Both the position numbers and the translations under genes were made by a program. A stretch of DNA of 64,000 nucleotides from Dicyema japonicum (lineage: Eukaryota; Animalia; Dicyemida). The stretch lies in assembly GCA_011109175.1 (NCBI GenBank), contig RDEW01000005.1, positions 1,028,903 through 1,092,902 of the forward strand. Direction: 5' to 3'. Positions 48,950-63,175 of this stretch are shown in pieces (position 1 is the first letter of the stretch; each line of letters opens with the position of its first letter). The notes below the pieces were generated by a model. The model was not told the origin of the DNA. It did not search any database and was given only the letters and a program-made list of their open reading frames with translations.

Positions 48950-50960
48950 TTTCTTTAATCAGATGTGGTGATGTTGAACCAAACCTGAACCCGTGTTATT
49001 TCAGCGAAAGTTGAAGATACTCCAGTTGAAAATCAACGGTCTTTCCAAAAAAATGTATTGATTTACGTAACTTCTTGCACAATCATTGTGTAGACATTGC
49101 CCTTATCCAAGAAACTAAACTTAAACCGAAATCTAATATTCCTCACTTCAAGAACTATTCCGTATTATATTCCGAACTACTCCAGCTCAGCTGGGGGTGG
49201 TTTAATTATTCTTGTACACATTCCTATTCCTTTGCTGATTCCTCAACTTTTAATACACCTCTCATATCTGATGATCTTCATATTGAAATTTTATCTATCT
49301 GGGTCAATATCAACAAGTCCTGTTCACTATGTCAATGTTCCCTCCTCTTTATAACTATACGCCGAACTTACTTCCACGTTTTTCTATTGAAAACTGTATC
49401 TTATGTGGTGATTTTAATGCTCATCATCCTGCATGGCTATCCTCCAACAAACCTGATAAACGTGGAGTGCAAATTTTGCATGATATGGAGGACTTAGTTA
49501 TTCTGAATATCCTGTTCTGCGTACTCGTTGTGCTCTACGTTTAGCTCATTCTAATACTTCCCCAGATATCCACCTCCGTTCTCAAAGTATGGCTCCCGAT
49601 GATCAATGGTATGTCCTTTATGATCTCCAAACTGACCACAACCCGATTTTAATTATCTTCAACCATAAAACTACCAAGAGGAGGATCACAAAGACGTATA
49701 TAAACTATAAACGTGGAAATTGGGATTCTTACAGAAACGAGACCTAAGTCGTACTCAAAAACTTTTCTTGTGCTACTTTCCACTCTTTTGATGCTGCTGT
49801 TGAGTTCTTCACAAACTGTCTAATTGCTGGGGACAAAAAATTTATTCCCCGTTGATTCATCGCGCCCCGCTCTTAATCCAATTTAAGTGGTCTCTAAGAA
49901 AAATTGTCTTATTCTATGCGAAGATAAGCCAACTTTCTACCCCAAAAGGACTCCGCTCTAAGAGACCGCATGCTCTGAAGTCAACAGGCCTTTTCATTAT
50001 TCCGCAATCTCTAATTACTTAACTTATTGACAACTCTTGATACTCGAATGCAAGAGGGCCTGACGGTCTTCCCATATATCATCTAAAAAATCTAGGACTT
50101 TATGCTTTAACCAATTTAATCAAACACTGAACTGATCACGGATCAGTACCTATGCTCTGGAAAAAATCCTATTTTGAAGCCTAACCGCGACTTTTCTGAT
50201 CCTTCTTCTTATCGTCTATTTCCCTTTGCCTGTTGTCTCGAAGATTGGTTAAAGAGTTCTACTAATTTTAATCAAACCGTACTTGTCATTTTCCGAATCC
50301 CAACATGGCTAAACTGACTCTTGAAACCTCCGGAAAGAACAATTTTTGCAGAACATCCTGAAAGTTTTTAACAGTAAAATCCTTTCTACAAAAATACAAT
50401 CTCGTTTGAAATTATGGCTGCCTACTTTCTCTCTGGTCACTTTAGTCGTTTTATTATTTCAACCCACTCTCATTATCGATACCTTCCAAACGGCGTTCCC
50501 CAAGGTTCGGTGCTATCTTCAGCCTTGTTTAATCTTCATCTAACAAGCTTACCAACAAATCAGGACACACATATTCTTTCTTATGCCGATGATACATAAG
50601 TTTTTCTCGTCACCGCGACGAACCGTTGCTTCCATGGTCTGCAAGAAATTACAAAATTTCTTTTGGATGGACCAAAATCTCCTCATCCCTTTTAACGAAA
50701 ATTCAGCAATCACGCTTTTCACTCCAGACCGTCGTCAATTAACTTGGACTCAACTTCCTGTGGTTAAAAATCCTAAAATACTTAATGTGATATTTATACT
50801 CAAACAGGATGTCTCCCTACCTATAGGAATCTTCAATGCCTTATCTACCACATGCCAAAAACAACTAAACCAGTCCTACACTATCCCTAAATATGAATTT
50901 CTTCCAGTGAACAAACATCCGAAAATTCTAAGAGTCGTTTTTGAACCGCCTCTGTTTTGA
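48950..50960 (+). mobile_element. Decayed APE-type LINE (2A-like motif, APE, RT)
   Basis: IRCGDVEPN(P); DIALIQETKL; LCGDFNAHHPAW; TDHNPI; PSSYR; GVPQGSVLSSALFNL; SYADD. Confidence 0.85.
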
Positions 50961-50964
50961 AAAA

Positions 50965-51130
50965 CCTTTGGCTTGACGAGTGACGCCGTCATCAGTGAAC
51001 ATCTCACTACGGAACCGGATCGTCCACAAATGGACTCGCACCCAACAAAAAGAAAAAAGAAGTAAAGAACATTCCTTGGCTCTCCCTCATAGTTTAGCTA
51101 TGATAACTGCTCGTTACTTAAAATAAAGTA
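50965..51130 (+). repeat. SINE family 2 3' part
   Basis: Tail AAGAAGT.AAGA.CATTCCTTG..TCTCCCTCAT..TTAGCTATGATAACTG shared with 43000-43060. Confidence 0.65.
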
Positions 51131-51639
51131 ATGTCCTGCCTGGGAGGAGCTGTAGCTAATATGGCTCAGAGAAAATCAAATGTTCTTCAAGTTGCTATTA
51201 AAAAATTTCTAATGCTCTTGAAGACAGTTTATATATTTTCAAGGTGGCCTTCATGTATATCACTGTCTTTCTTACAAAAGCTACAGAAGGTGCAAATTCA
51301 GCACTGAGAGCTATAACGGTCTTTTTAAATCATCTCATGTTGGCCACTTACAAATATCTCGAACAATCACTTAACCCAACCAACTAACTTTCCCACTATT
51401 TAAATTCATTAACAGCAAACACATCCATAGGACCTTCAATGACCTTCAAAGAACACTTCGGAAAATCTCACCTTGAACCTAGAATATGCTATACATGACT
51501 CTGTGCTCACGCGTGCCTTACAGAGCTGCCTAAAGACAAAAAGAAACTGTAGATGGATGGAAGCTGATAAAGCAAACCAATTAGTTTTGAAAGTTGGTTG
51601 TGAGTTTAGTAATTCTTGTTTTTATGACAAAATAAAGTA

Positions 51640-52190
51640 ATAATAATTTTGAAGAGACAGTAGCATCGAGTGAACAGATTTCCACGTGAGTTGTTGTAAA
51701 ACTGAGGTTCCTAAAAAGCTCAGCTGGTTTCTAGGTGCTGGAGACATCGCTCGTGGAAAAATGATTGCATTTGTGGAATGCAAAAAAATGTCAAGCAGAA
51801 AGAAAATCTCTATGAATCTCCGGATAAGTTTATATAATGCTTTTTCGTACAACCAATCCTACTTTATAACTCGAGAACGTTGGAAAAGTCGAAAACAGAT
51901 CTTAAGAGACTTGAAGGGTTCCACAGAAATTATTGAGTAAAATCTTGTGCATCCATTGCCCAGAAATATAAAAAAAGTGAAACTCTGTGGATACCGGGAT
52001 TATTTAACTTAGACGGCAAGACTCTACAAGCTTTGAAAATGCAAGCCGATACACGAAGAAGTCTTTTATGATCTCCCAACAATACACCATTCAACACAGA
52101 AAACTCTGAATTATCCACGGTACTAATTTTTATTTCGATTGGTTCTAGTAGAGTACGGCGAAGTTTCACGAGTGGACGGTGACATTTAAC
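51640..52190 (+). mobile_element. RTE-like RT C-terminal relic
   Basis: KKLSWFLGAGDIAR...LRISLYNAF. Confidence 0.55.
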
Positions 52191-52589
52191 TTTTCAATTT
52201 TTATATTTATTAAGAATTGCTATTTTAAGGAAGTTCTGTTGAAAGAATAATAACCGTTTTATTGCTAATTATTGGGAATGTTATGTCTCGATTATTTTTA
52301 AAAATCTTACATTTCAGAAAAATGTGAATTATCCAGCAAGGATCACTGGAAAAGAGAGATCCTTTTTGAACGTCTCCTTAGTCAAGTGGATCCCATAACG
52401 ATCTTGGGAATTGAAGAAAGCACATAGCAAAAAATGAATTTTCGACATACTAGGCAATGGTCTGGGAATTTAACCGGACGTGAGAGACATCACTAACCAC
52501 TACGATTCCTAATCAGCTTATAATATTAACAATCACCAATGGCAACCTACAACCACAAGACCATATAATCAATAATTGTAGCAATGACA

Positions 52590-52820
52590 ATGTAAGTGGT
52601 CCATTATGGACTGAAGGAAGTAAACCCCTCATGACTGCGAGCCCAATGTTTTTGGAAGAGCCATCATGTCATTTTAGGCTCTCCCTTCCGGAGTCCTGCA
52701 AACCGCCCGATAAACTTTGATGTGCTGGGACCAAGTACCGATCCCCAATGCTACGATATTTACTCTTTTTGGAATCATCAACGGTACTTGCTGCGGAACC
52801 CGCGTATAGTGGCCATAATG
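52590..52820 (-). mobile_element. CRE-clade 3' fragment
   Basis: KKSKYRSIGDRYLVP...NIGLAVMRG. Confidence 0.6.
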
Positions 52821-52965
52821 AAGCCATTTCATTTACATTTTGCTTTCGTTATTCTTTAATTATTTTTTGAATTAATTTAAAATATAAAATATAAAGTTTA
52901 AATATTTAATTTAATATTTAATAATCATAGTAGTAAAAATTAAAAATATTATCGTATTGTGGTAA

Positions 52966-54607
52966 ATGGTTGTGAGAATAGACAAGCATAATGATCCGTA
53001 CGAAATGGTATTCATTATTTTGATGTTTTAGTTGGACACTGATTACTATGAACGGGAGGATTACCAATATGGTAGCCAGGATGAAGCCAAAGATGTCCCT
53101 CTTTTAACGTGTGTTCAGACATATTTCAATTTTTTGGTTCTCTATATTTTGGGACACATAAGAGATATTTTAGAATATTACGGACTTGTCAAGCATTCCC
53201 TTAAAGAACCAAAATTACCTGTTAGCTAAACTTGGCTTATTTCAGGGGTTTGGAGATTTATTTTCTAATTTCGAGAGTTTCTACATTCGTAACCTTTATA
53301 TGAGGATTCGTGATTGCTTTGAACACGTTGTGAGTGGTTGTCCTGGTGTGCTTGTTGATGTTTTTGAGCGATTCTCCACTGATGGAAACCTCACTTTTCA
53401 ATATACAGGAAAAAAACTAAAAAACTTAATCAATCTTGGTTCTTACAACTATCTTGGTTTCGCTCTACCAGCCAATCAGTCCCCTACCTTCACTGCAGTT
53501 TCCAACACTATTTACAAGGATGGGGTGGGGACATGCTCTGCCTACAATGAATTAGGTTTTTACCAAGAACATTTGGAGTTATGTCAAAAAATGGCTAATT
53601 TTGTTGGGAAGGAGGCAGCTGTTGTCTTTACTATGGGATTTGGGACCAATGCCTTCAATATTCTTTCCTTGGCCAGCAAAGTTATCTTTTTAATTATTTC
53701 AGGGAGATTTGATAATTTCTGATGAGAAAAACCACACATCACTGATTGTTGGTGCTCGTCTCTCGGGGGCTACCATAAAAGTCTTCAAAAACAACGACAT
53801 GGATGATCTTGAGAAAGTTCTTAGAAAATCCGTTGTTTATGGTCATCCTCGAACTCATCGTCCTTATTCTAAGATCCTTGTGATAGCTGAGGGCATTTAC
53901 AGTATGGATGGCTCTATCCTGAAATTGCCAAGACTTATTGAATTGAAGAAAAAGTACAAGGCATATATTTTTGTGGATGAGGCACATAGTATTGGAGCTC
54001 TTGGACCTCATGGTGGAGGTGTTTGTGATTACTGGAATATTGACTCTTCTGACGTGGACATTCTTATGGGGACCTTTCACTAAAAGTTTTGGTGCAGTTG
54101 GTGGTTATATTGCTGGTTCTAAAGAACTTATTAATTATATTCGGACTAATTCAAGTTTTGCTTACAGTTCATCAATGCCTCCTGCTGTGGCTACTCAAAT
54201 ATCACGTGTCATTGATATTATTCAATCTCCTGAGGGGATTGAGAAACTAAAGGATCTAAAGAGGAATCAAAGCTATTTCCGTAGAAGACTAAAGGAAATG
54301 GGATTTCTCGTGCATGGTCATCGTGATTCTCCTGTAATCCCTGTTGTGTTCTCATGTTTGTCAAAACTGAGGTTATTAATTTCTGTGAATGTTTAGTATG
54401 ATTTCGAGATATGCTATGAAAAGAGGATTAGCCCTTGTTGTGGTAGGATCCCCTGCAACTCCACTAATTGGCGCCAGACTTAGGTTTTGCATGTCCTCAG
54501 GTCACACTAGGGATATGCTTGATAAGGTTATTCTTAATACTATCTTATAGGCCTTGGAAGTTATGGATGAAATTGGTGACTATTTTATGTTTAAAATTGG
54601 CAATTGA
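52966..54607 (+). CDS. SPTLC2: Serine palmitoyltransferase subunit LCB2; five micro-introns; one apparent +1 indel near 54077
   Basis: [90 protein letters not shown]. Confidence 0.95.
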
Positions 54608-54879
54608 TTCTTTTAATTATGGATTGTTCTTATTTTTATTCTAACACTATAAAAATTTAATAGTTAAGTGTTTCAAGTTCCGAAAGAAAAAGTCCATCCA
54701 TTACTGCATTTGTGAGTGAAAAGGGAAAAGCATGTGAAAGAAAGCGAATGAAGTCAATGAAAGTTGTTTTTGGAGAACTGTCATATTTAACGGATATCCA
54801 GTACCATTTATCAAATTAGTGACTCGAGAGACGTCGGAGTTGTATTGGTGAGTGATTTCAATAGAATTAAAAAAAAGTA

Positions 54880-55900
54880 AGCAAATAGTCATATAGCGGC
54901 AGCCCTGACTTCGTGGCTATTCCCTCTTATTCCCTGACTCAAGAATTCCAGCGTCGCAGGCGCAAGGGAACTAGACGTATCAAAGGCGAGTGGAACAAAC
55001 AAAAAATCATTGGTAGGACCGTATAGTTTGTCCGTTTCAACCTCTCAGTTTTCTCAGAACATCTTCAGAGGGACTCTGGAAAAGGTTGCAAAGGGAAACG
55101 TGTCGGTGCAGCTGACGTCCCAGGTTTTCCGGCTTCAAATTAGAAGATGGTCATCCCATCTGGTCGTTTTTCTTGGATGACGATTTAAATCATCCAAGTT
55201 TTAATCTTCGTCAAGTATCTTTTCGTCAGCACTTGAAACGTATATAATGATCGATCAGTAGGATTCAGATTCAAGACTAAAAACACCCTGGCTCATTTAA
55301 CCACTCTTAAGTTCTTTGGGATATATTTCTTGGTTCAGAGTTCGAATCCTAAGAATTATTTTTGCTGGCCGGTTAATCCTTTCGAGAGATTTTTTAAAAA
55401 GTATCTTTCCTAGTATAAAATTTAAGTATTGAAATTGTCCTGGACTCCAAGATATTGAGGTTGATATAGGCGACCTCTTTGTCAAGGGAGAAGAAACCGC
55501 TTTGATGAAAGCTTCCCAAAAAGTGGTCAGTATTTAATCGGTAGTCTCCTGACGTTTATAGTTGAAGTGTGGAGGCAACCACCTCCGAATTAAGGCTTTT
55601 TAACGTTAGTGACGTTATTGGAGTCAAGGAAAGGGAACAAAAAGAGTCACCAGGAAGAGTTGGTTTGTCAGTAACACTATAGAATCTTCTTGCGCTATTT
55701 GATGGGTCGTCGTGATCGTCAATGAGCCCTCTGAAAGCAATAGTCTTCCTCATAGTAAGGTCATAGAGAAAACGTCGTATATTTCCAGCATAAATTTAAG
55801 GGATATAAGCTTTGTAATCATGAAGGAGTGACATCACGTACATCTCACCTCTGAAGTAATCACAGAGGGATCTTATTGAAGCATTCGAAATTGATTCCAA
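54880..55900 (-). mobile_element. Decayed CRE-clade RT/RLE 3' part
   Basis: KRPDGMTIF..WDVSCTDTF; FVPLAFDTS; IRGNSH. Confidence 0.65.
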
Positions 55901-56280
55901 AATTCCGCATTAAATTGCGGCCGTCCCCATTTTTAATTATCCGCGGCACCCTAAAGTAATGAAAACCAGTGACAAAAGGAAAGTAATTAACATAAGTGGA
56001 GGCTCTCAAAGATCAGTCAAGTACATCTGATCTGACGCGTAACTTCAAGTCACACTAAAGAGGTGGTCCTCTCTTTTCAAGTCAAATCTTAAATCACTAG
56101 AATCAGATGATCCTCCTTTTATTTACAATTAAAAGCACGATCATTGTAGCGATCGCTATAACAACTCAACGTCGATTATGTCGGCGAGGACCACTTTTGA
56201 TTGATTTTTGTGTTTTAATAAAAATATTTAATTTATAAAAAATTATAAACAATTATTCAAAACCAAAATAAAAATGAGAA

Positions 56281-58205
56281 TTAAATAAATTCAATAGTAT
56301 CAATTCCTAGAATGTGAAATAGTTTTCCCAAAACAAGCATAGAAGCCTTTACCATAGTCAATCGTTTATGGTTGACAATCTTTCCAGAATCTGAATTATC
56401 CACACAATGACACTTTTCGTAAAAATCAGAAAACGTAGAACACAAGGAATATGCATATTCACAAAGCACATGCAAAGCAAGTTCATCCAAGGAACGATTA
56501 ACCACCGTCGGAAACTGCATGACAGCAAAGCAGAGTTTACGTTCAGAGGGATGATCAAACTCACTAAAACTGCATTCTTGTATTGGTTGATCTGACTGTC
56601 TCAGAATGGAGGACATACGAACATAGCAATACAACAGATACACAGCAGTATTCCCACGATCATCCAACATCTAATAAATCAAATAAAAACTCTACCCTAT
56701 CAAACGAGAACACATAATCGTGGCATCGATTATGCATTAAATCAGAATATTTAATGCAACCATAGGCAACCGCTTTCCTTGCTGATTCGAACTGATCAGT
56801 CGTCAATACCTACAATTCAACAAATACAAACCTTGTCCCGACCCTTTTCTATCAATTTCTCACCTGAACGTTTTAATCCCTCATCCAATAGCTCAACAAG
56901 TCTTATCGACTTTCCAGATCGTGTCTTGAGTCGTTTTCTATCATCCCCCAAAACAACACCGAATTTAGTGTGGTCAACAAAGTGATCTTGAGTCAACCAT
57001 CCAGCCATTCTGGCTACCTCATAGATTGCTTCAAAGTGTTCGGACTGTCCAGCATCCACAACGTAATAAATGGAAGTAACTTTGTCTGTATTGAGTCGAT
57101 AACGAATAGCTGCCAAATCACTTGTGTCATACGTGAATCCCCCATCAGATTTCACCAAAGTCAGAGGATACGAAACACCACAACTGACAAATATTAATTT
57201 TCTTCCATCTTCAACCTTAACAAGACCCTTCTCTTCCAGTTCCTCCACTACGCTTGGCATAAAATCATTATAAAATGACTCTCCGCGGTTTATCAAGTCA
57301 GGTATGTTCAATCTTTCATAAATTTTTGTAAACTCAATGAACGAGGAGTGGCATATCGTCTTCCAGGCCAGAATATGATCGGGGTCATAGCTTTGTAGTT
57401 GTACAACAGCTTTATATGCCCTTTTCTTGAATTCTTCGTCCTTTTCAAACATTACCTTGGCTTCCTTATAAAAGGTTTGTAAATTCTGGATAGAGGGAGG
57501 ATCAGTGGTAAAGTTAGGGTACATATCCTTCAAATGGGCAATCAGCATCCCAAATTGAGTACCCCAATCTCCAATATGCGATATTTTAATGATTTTTCTG
57601 TTCCATGAGAATTCAAACAAACGGGAAAAACTTTCCCCCAAAATAGTTGATCTGAGGTGACCAACGTGCATTTCCTTTGCAATATTTGGGGATGACATGT
57701 CGATCAATATTGGGCCTGTTGAGGTTGGAGTACGTGGCACCGGTGGACGTACCCCAGAACAGACAATACGACCGACTTGTTGGCACATAAATTGGTCATT
57801 TACAAAAATGTTAATAAATCCACTCCCAGAAACTAAGATTTGACTGACAATGTCGTTTGAGGGAAATTTGTTGGTAATTTCCTTAGCCACCTCTATTGGA
57901 GAGGCCAGCATTCCTTGACTTTTCAATTTTTTGACTATTTTAAAGGCAACGTTGGTCTGATAGTCAGCATGAGTAGTCAAATCTACAGTAAAGTCGGGAT
58001 TCAGTTGAGGAAACAAACAGTCAGCAACATAAGTGAGAATTCTGTGGATTGATAAACTAATATCCACCATATGACTGTCATAGTATTCTTTCTCTTTCTC
58101 ATATGACTATTAACTTATTTTTATTATTACCTTTGTTAGATGAATCAGTCTTATCTGATCTTTACTTAATTCATTAATATCCAACCCATTACTAGATTCG
58201 ATCAT
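56281..58205 (-). CDS. RARS1: Cytosolic arginyl-tRNA synthetase with N-terminal extension; three micro-introns
   Basis: DMSSPNIAKEMHVGHLRSTILG, HIGDWGTQFG, VKSDGGFTYDTSDLAA, KRLKTRSG, GCIKYSDL, GNTAVYLLYCYVR. Confidence 0.97.
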
Positions 58206-58289
58206 TTCCTCACTTAAATAAACGTGTAATAATTATTTATTTTATTTATTATTTAACTAATATTATTTGTTAACAAAATTAATACAATC

Positions 58290-58465
58290 TCATTATTCCG
58301 GTTTCCCGAACTCCACTCGTGAATTTCCACAACTCCAAGGACTGGACGTTTTCTTCCTTTTCCTTTGGTTCTGGATGGACCTTTATGACATTGGAAGGAC
58401 TAATTGCTTTTTCGAACATAATTGTTAACTATTAACTTCTCGGTGTCCAGGATTAATGAATTAGT
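58290..58465 (+). repeat. SINE family 1 3' part
   Basis: Tail CTTCTCGGTGTCCAGGATTAAT. Confidence 0.5.
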
Positions 58466-58589
58466 AAAATCTTATTATCCTATAACGGCTAATTTATTCA
58501 TTTAGTTTTTTACTTGGGATCTAGGAAAGATCGCCGAGCCAAGATTAGGAAGTCGCTGAGCGATATCGGCAACTAAAGTATATTCCAAT

Positions 58590-58800
58590 AGTTAGGTGAT
58601 TTCAGTTCCATCAATTAGCGGCACCTTATAACCTTTGCGGTCCTCTATTGACTCACTGCTTACCGAAAAACCCTTCTCACAAGAAACAGATTGGGAAAGA
58701 AAACTTCTAGGCCGATCGAATTTCCTTTTCCTGGTAAAAATATAGACGAAACGGGTTTACGCCTTTTTTCACAAAGGCGAAGGAATCCGACTCCATATCT
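58590..58800 (-). mobile_element. LINE-like 3' fragment (GSGF family), possibly extending to about 59400
   Basis: GVGFLRLCEKGVNPFRL...LIDGTEIT*. Confidence 0.55.
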
Positions 58801-59419
58801 ACGGGTCTTAGTAAATTTAGAAAATTGGATCATATGATATCCTCATTTTATGATATCTCCACTTGTTTTCCAAGTCTGATTCTCGATACTTATTGGACTT
58901 TCATATAATCTCCCGTCAGATCCTAATCCGATTATAATAAACATCTACCAACAGCCCATGAAGCAGAGAAACGGAGACCTACAATAAATATTAACATGTA
59001 AAGTAAAATTCTTATAGGAACTAGATCGATAATTTTCAGTGACTTCTCTGAAAGATTCAATAAAAGCAGACGCCATCACCAGTCTACATATAACGAGTAT
59101 CTCTAATAACAAATCTGTGATGTTTTCCGTGTACAATCGAACTTACTTATGTGACATTATGCTGAGTTCGGATATCTTTATATCCAAAAAGCCCGCGTTG
59201 TAAAAAATTAAATGTTCAGAAGTCATAAGACTTTTTAAGTGTTCCACAGTCCCTAATTACGCGATTTGTTGCTAACTCTCAAAACTCGAATGTATGTGTT
59301 CCAGAATGTCTCGCCAAACTTCACTCAAAAAATCTCCGTCCGAATAGATTTTTTGCTTTAACCTATCTAATCTATCGGTACCTATCTAGGGAAAAATAAA
59401 AATTAGGAAATTTCTGTCT

Positions 59420-59650
59420 GTTTCACTTTCTTACTACAGTGGCGCCATGTGATCCTTTGTCTGAGATGGCGGCCAGTGCCAGGATGACACGCAAAAGAAA
59501 CATTTGCTTTCTACTGGAGGGGTTCTTACGTTCTGCATGGACTTGTTTGATATTGAAAAACTCTGTTTCTGTAACAGTGGTAACTGGATACAGTTAATTA
59601 GTTATTTACTGTTAACTTCTTTCTCGGAGTATCCGGGATTAATAATCTTA
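59420..59650 (+). repeat. SINE family 1 copy
   Basis: Body and tail match 34870-35135. Confidence 0.7.
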
Positions 59651-59989
59651 ATCACACTACAATTACACTTTTTCTATATACATAGATAAACGATATATTC
59701 TATTGGGACTGTCAGTGATTTATTTTTTTATTTATTTAACCCAAGACCACGGTAAAACCAAACTAATTATCACGTGATCCCGATGCATTCTAACAGTGAC
59801 CTCAGCTTTGTCCGGTGTTTATCCTCCATGCTCGCGCATAAACGTACAGGACGGCTGCCTAAATTGGATTCTTTAGTGTTGGATCTCCACTAAATATAAA
59901 GTTCTCTATTTACCAAAGTTTTTAAACAATTATAATACCCAAGCAAAAAAATAATTCACCGGGCAGACCTTCTTCTCAAGCAGAGGAAG

Positions 59990-60220
59990 TAAAAAACTCT
60001 AAATATTCGGATATCAGCGACAGGTACATTTTCGCACCTGTCGCGATTGAAACTTCGGGGAACTTTGGCCCTAAAACGCTGAAGTTCCTGAACCATTTGG
60101 GAAAACTACTAACTGACAAAACTGGTGATCTTCGTGAGACGAGATGACTCAAGGAGAGGCTCTCGTTGGCTGTTGTCCGTGGGAATAGCTTGTGCATCTC
60201 CCAACAGCTGAATTAAAATT
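59990..60220 (+). mobile_element. CRE-clade 3' fragment
   Basis: RYIFAPVAIETSGNFGPKTLKFL...RLSLAVVRGNSLCI. Confidence 0.75.
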
Positions 60221-60694
60221 AAAATTAACTATTCTTTTTCCAATAAAATTTAAATTATAATATTGAACAACATGTAGAGATAATTATATTGTTGTTATCT
60301 TTAGCACGACAGGTTGCGTTGTGGTTAGTTCTGTCGCTCTCGACGCATTTAGCTGTAGAATCGATGGGTAAAAGGATTTATTTTTACTTTTTGTTTTTTT
60401 TAATTTCTAAGAGGCTTTATTAGCAAAAATAGAAAAAATAGTAAAAACAGATAAATACCAATAATAACAAAAAATGCGATCGTCTTTTCCATGAATATTG
60501 TATTGGACAGAGAGAATATAGCCAATGACGGGGAAGAAGCGTAATAATTTGATTATTTGCAAGAGGAGACATCTTACTAAAAGAATCCAAATACCTTGAA
60601 CCAAGTTCAAGGTTCTTTTAATAAAAATTACTAAGTAAATATAAAATTACTATATTTATTATGGTGGATGCATTTTTATTAATTAAAAATCAAT

Positions 60695-61200
60695 CAAAAA
60701 TGATCCCAGCCGATATAATTGATGTTGCGTTGCCTTTCACAATCGCAAGAAGTCAATTGGAGAAGCCATCGAGTCTCACGTGCGTCGTGGCTTTTTAGTG
60801 TAGCTAGGCGTTCCAGTTTCTTTAGGAAACTAAACGATTTCTCGCTTATTCTCCATGTTGTCTCAATTAAGATGGGACAGAACTGAACCGATCGTGCTTC
60901 GTATTTTTCTCTTTTGCTGTCATTGCTTTTTCTTTGGCATAGTGTGTCTACCGCGTTCGAGACAGCTTTGGATGGATAAAGGGAGTCTATGCACGTAGCA
61001 TCCTACACCAATAGCTTTCTCTCCTAAAATGAAAAGATTGTAATTTCGTCCGACCGTGTTCCTTCTCTTCTGTCCAGGCCAACAGATTCAAGTATGGAGG
61101 GGAATTCTGCAGATTTCAGTGCTCACTTAACAATTCCGTTGATCGCCTTATGTCTTGGGAATTGTCCTGCACTTCTTCGACAAGAAAGGGCATGATGTCC
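60695..61200 (-). mobile_element. CRE-clade 3' fragment closely related to the 1518-4499 element
   Basis: High DNA similarity to 1540-2060 (e.g. CGTGGCTTTTTAGTGTAGCTA, ACAATTCCGTTGATCGCCTT). Confidence 0.85.
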
Positions 61201-62762
61201 ATAACTCAGAGTTTTTAGTGTGACCAGTTTGTATACTCAAATTACCTTATGCAGCCTCCGGAGCTTTTTAAGTTTGGCATGCATGTTCTTCCATATTCAC
61301 AAACTTTCAGGAATAGGCTGATCCATATAACTGATCATCCACAGGTGCAATAAAAGGACCACGCCTTAAAAAATAAATAGCTATAGAAAAATTTGGCGAT
61401 TTCATAGAAAGGCTGAGACTCTAGTGTCTACATGGAACTTCAGATCTAATGAGACTGTTGACTATTATTGGAAGCAGTTTTCCTATTTTTTTAATTAAAC
61501 ATCTTATAATTTGTGGGGACTAGACGTCTACCATCGAGCCTAGTTAGCTTCCAACAAGACAGAACAACGTAGATTAACGTAGACTCCAGGATATTGATAA
61601 TCGTAAATAACTAGACCTACACCCTCGCTGTGCCTCACGTCATGGATATTCTTACGCCCCCATCTGCTCTCCATGGCTGACCCTGGATGGATACTGAGAA
61701 GTTATTTATGATATTTCAACACAAGACAAATTAATTTTGATACAAACGACCACTAAAATTGAAAGCAACTAAGACATTTATTAGTTATAAATGTGAAAAT
61801 GTATTTTTATAGGAACGAGGCTAAGCTTGTGTTTAGACTTTTTTCTGTTTTTGTCTTATTTCAAAGTCGCTCTACGTTTCTTTAAAAATTGTCTTATTGT
61901 CACTTATAAAAAGTACATTCCATATGAATTCAGCAAAGTCTTCACTTTTCCATGAGATCGTCGATCTGTTCTTAAAAAGCTTCTGGATCAAATCGATGTG
62001 CTTGAGAGAATAAGGAATTGAGTCTCTCTGAGATAAAAAAGACGATCTCATCCATAGACAAAATACCAAAGAATAGAAAGACTCATCACCTCTTTGAAAC
62101 CCATGATTACTGGAAAGCCATAAATTCAGTAGAAATAGACGACTCCTATAGTCTTCCGTGCTTCTGGCTTTTCAACAACAAATCTATGCAATGTTTCCGA
62201 GACCACGCTAATTTACAAACGCGTCGATACGTAAAGATAACCCGCCTTCTTACCCTACATTTTGACCAAGAAGATCCTCACTGTGGATAAAGACCTGGAT
62301 AATCACTTTTCTCAACAGTCTTAAACGTTACACTATCATGTCTACCTGCTCTCTATATTGTAATGGATCCTACCATCATAATGCATCCTCGTTTTGACAA
62401 CACTCCAAGAACAATTTGATAACATTTCCATTTACACGTCAATCTCCTCAACTCTTTCCAGCCATCCTGATCCATCTTTATAACCAACCTTCATCAATTC
62501 GATCTAGGACTATTACTGCTCATATTGAGACTCATTTTTTTAACCAAACAACCAGAATACTTAAATGATTTTTGATATTTTCTTGTTAATTTCAAAGCAC
62601 ATCTCATACGTATTTAACAGATTGAAAAAGCTCAACAGTCTTTGAGTCATGGTTAGCGCATCTTTTAAAAAGAATAAAATAGCCTAACAACTTTCTACAG
62701 ACAGCTCATCAGAATTGAATTAATAGAATTAACCTTATAAAGAGTAAGTTATAGATAACAAA

Positions 62763-62835
62763 GCCTGGTTAGCTCAGTCGGTAGAGCATCGGACTTTTAA
62801 TCCGAGGGTCACGGGTTCGAGCCCCGTATCAGGCT
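62763..62835 (+). tRNA. tRNA-Lys (anticodon UUU)
   Basis: Acceptor stem GCCTGGT/ATCAGGC, D arm TAGCTCAGTCGGTAGAGC, anticodon arm TCGGA-CTTTTAA-TCCGA, T arm GGTTCGAG, followed by a poly-T terminator. Confidence 0.95.
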
Positions 62836-62959
62836 TTTTGCTTTTATCTTGTTTAAAAAGTATTTTCATCTATTTATTTTTTAAAAGTGCTCCATAGTTA
62901 ATTTACATTAAAACAATGTACGAATCCGCAGTATTTATGAATAGAATTTTTGTATCTAG

Positions 62960-63175
62960 ATTTGTATCTAGATAAAATAATCATCGGGAGCCGTTGGTCA
63001 AATGACGGCTGAGTTCTTGCGAGAACTCGGAGGATTGCTTGCCAGAAAGAAAAAAAATCAACGAGAAGGGTTATGGCTAAGACAAAAGATTGGAATAGCC
63101 ATACTCCGAGGACTCGTTCGCAATCCACGCAGCAGGCTTCTTCAACTGACATTTGTTTAATCGTTATAAAAAATT
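62960..63175 (+). mobile_element. CRE-clade 3' fragment
   Basis: GAVGQMTAEFLRELGGLLARK..QREGLWLRQKIGIAILRG. Confidence 0.7.

Noticed and set aside
54760-54820. Penelope-like NGYP..FI motif on the plus strand
   Set aside because: Isolated short match with surrounding stops and no RT or GIY-YIG context.
54880-54960. DIRS tyrosine recombinase motif (SHEVRAAA)
   Set aside because: It is the CRE C-terminal IRGN motif directly downstream of an RLE domain.
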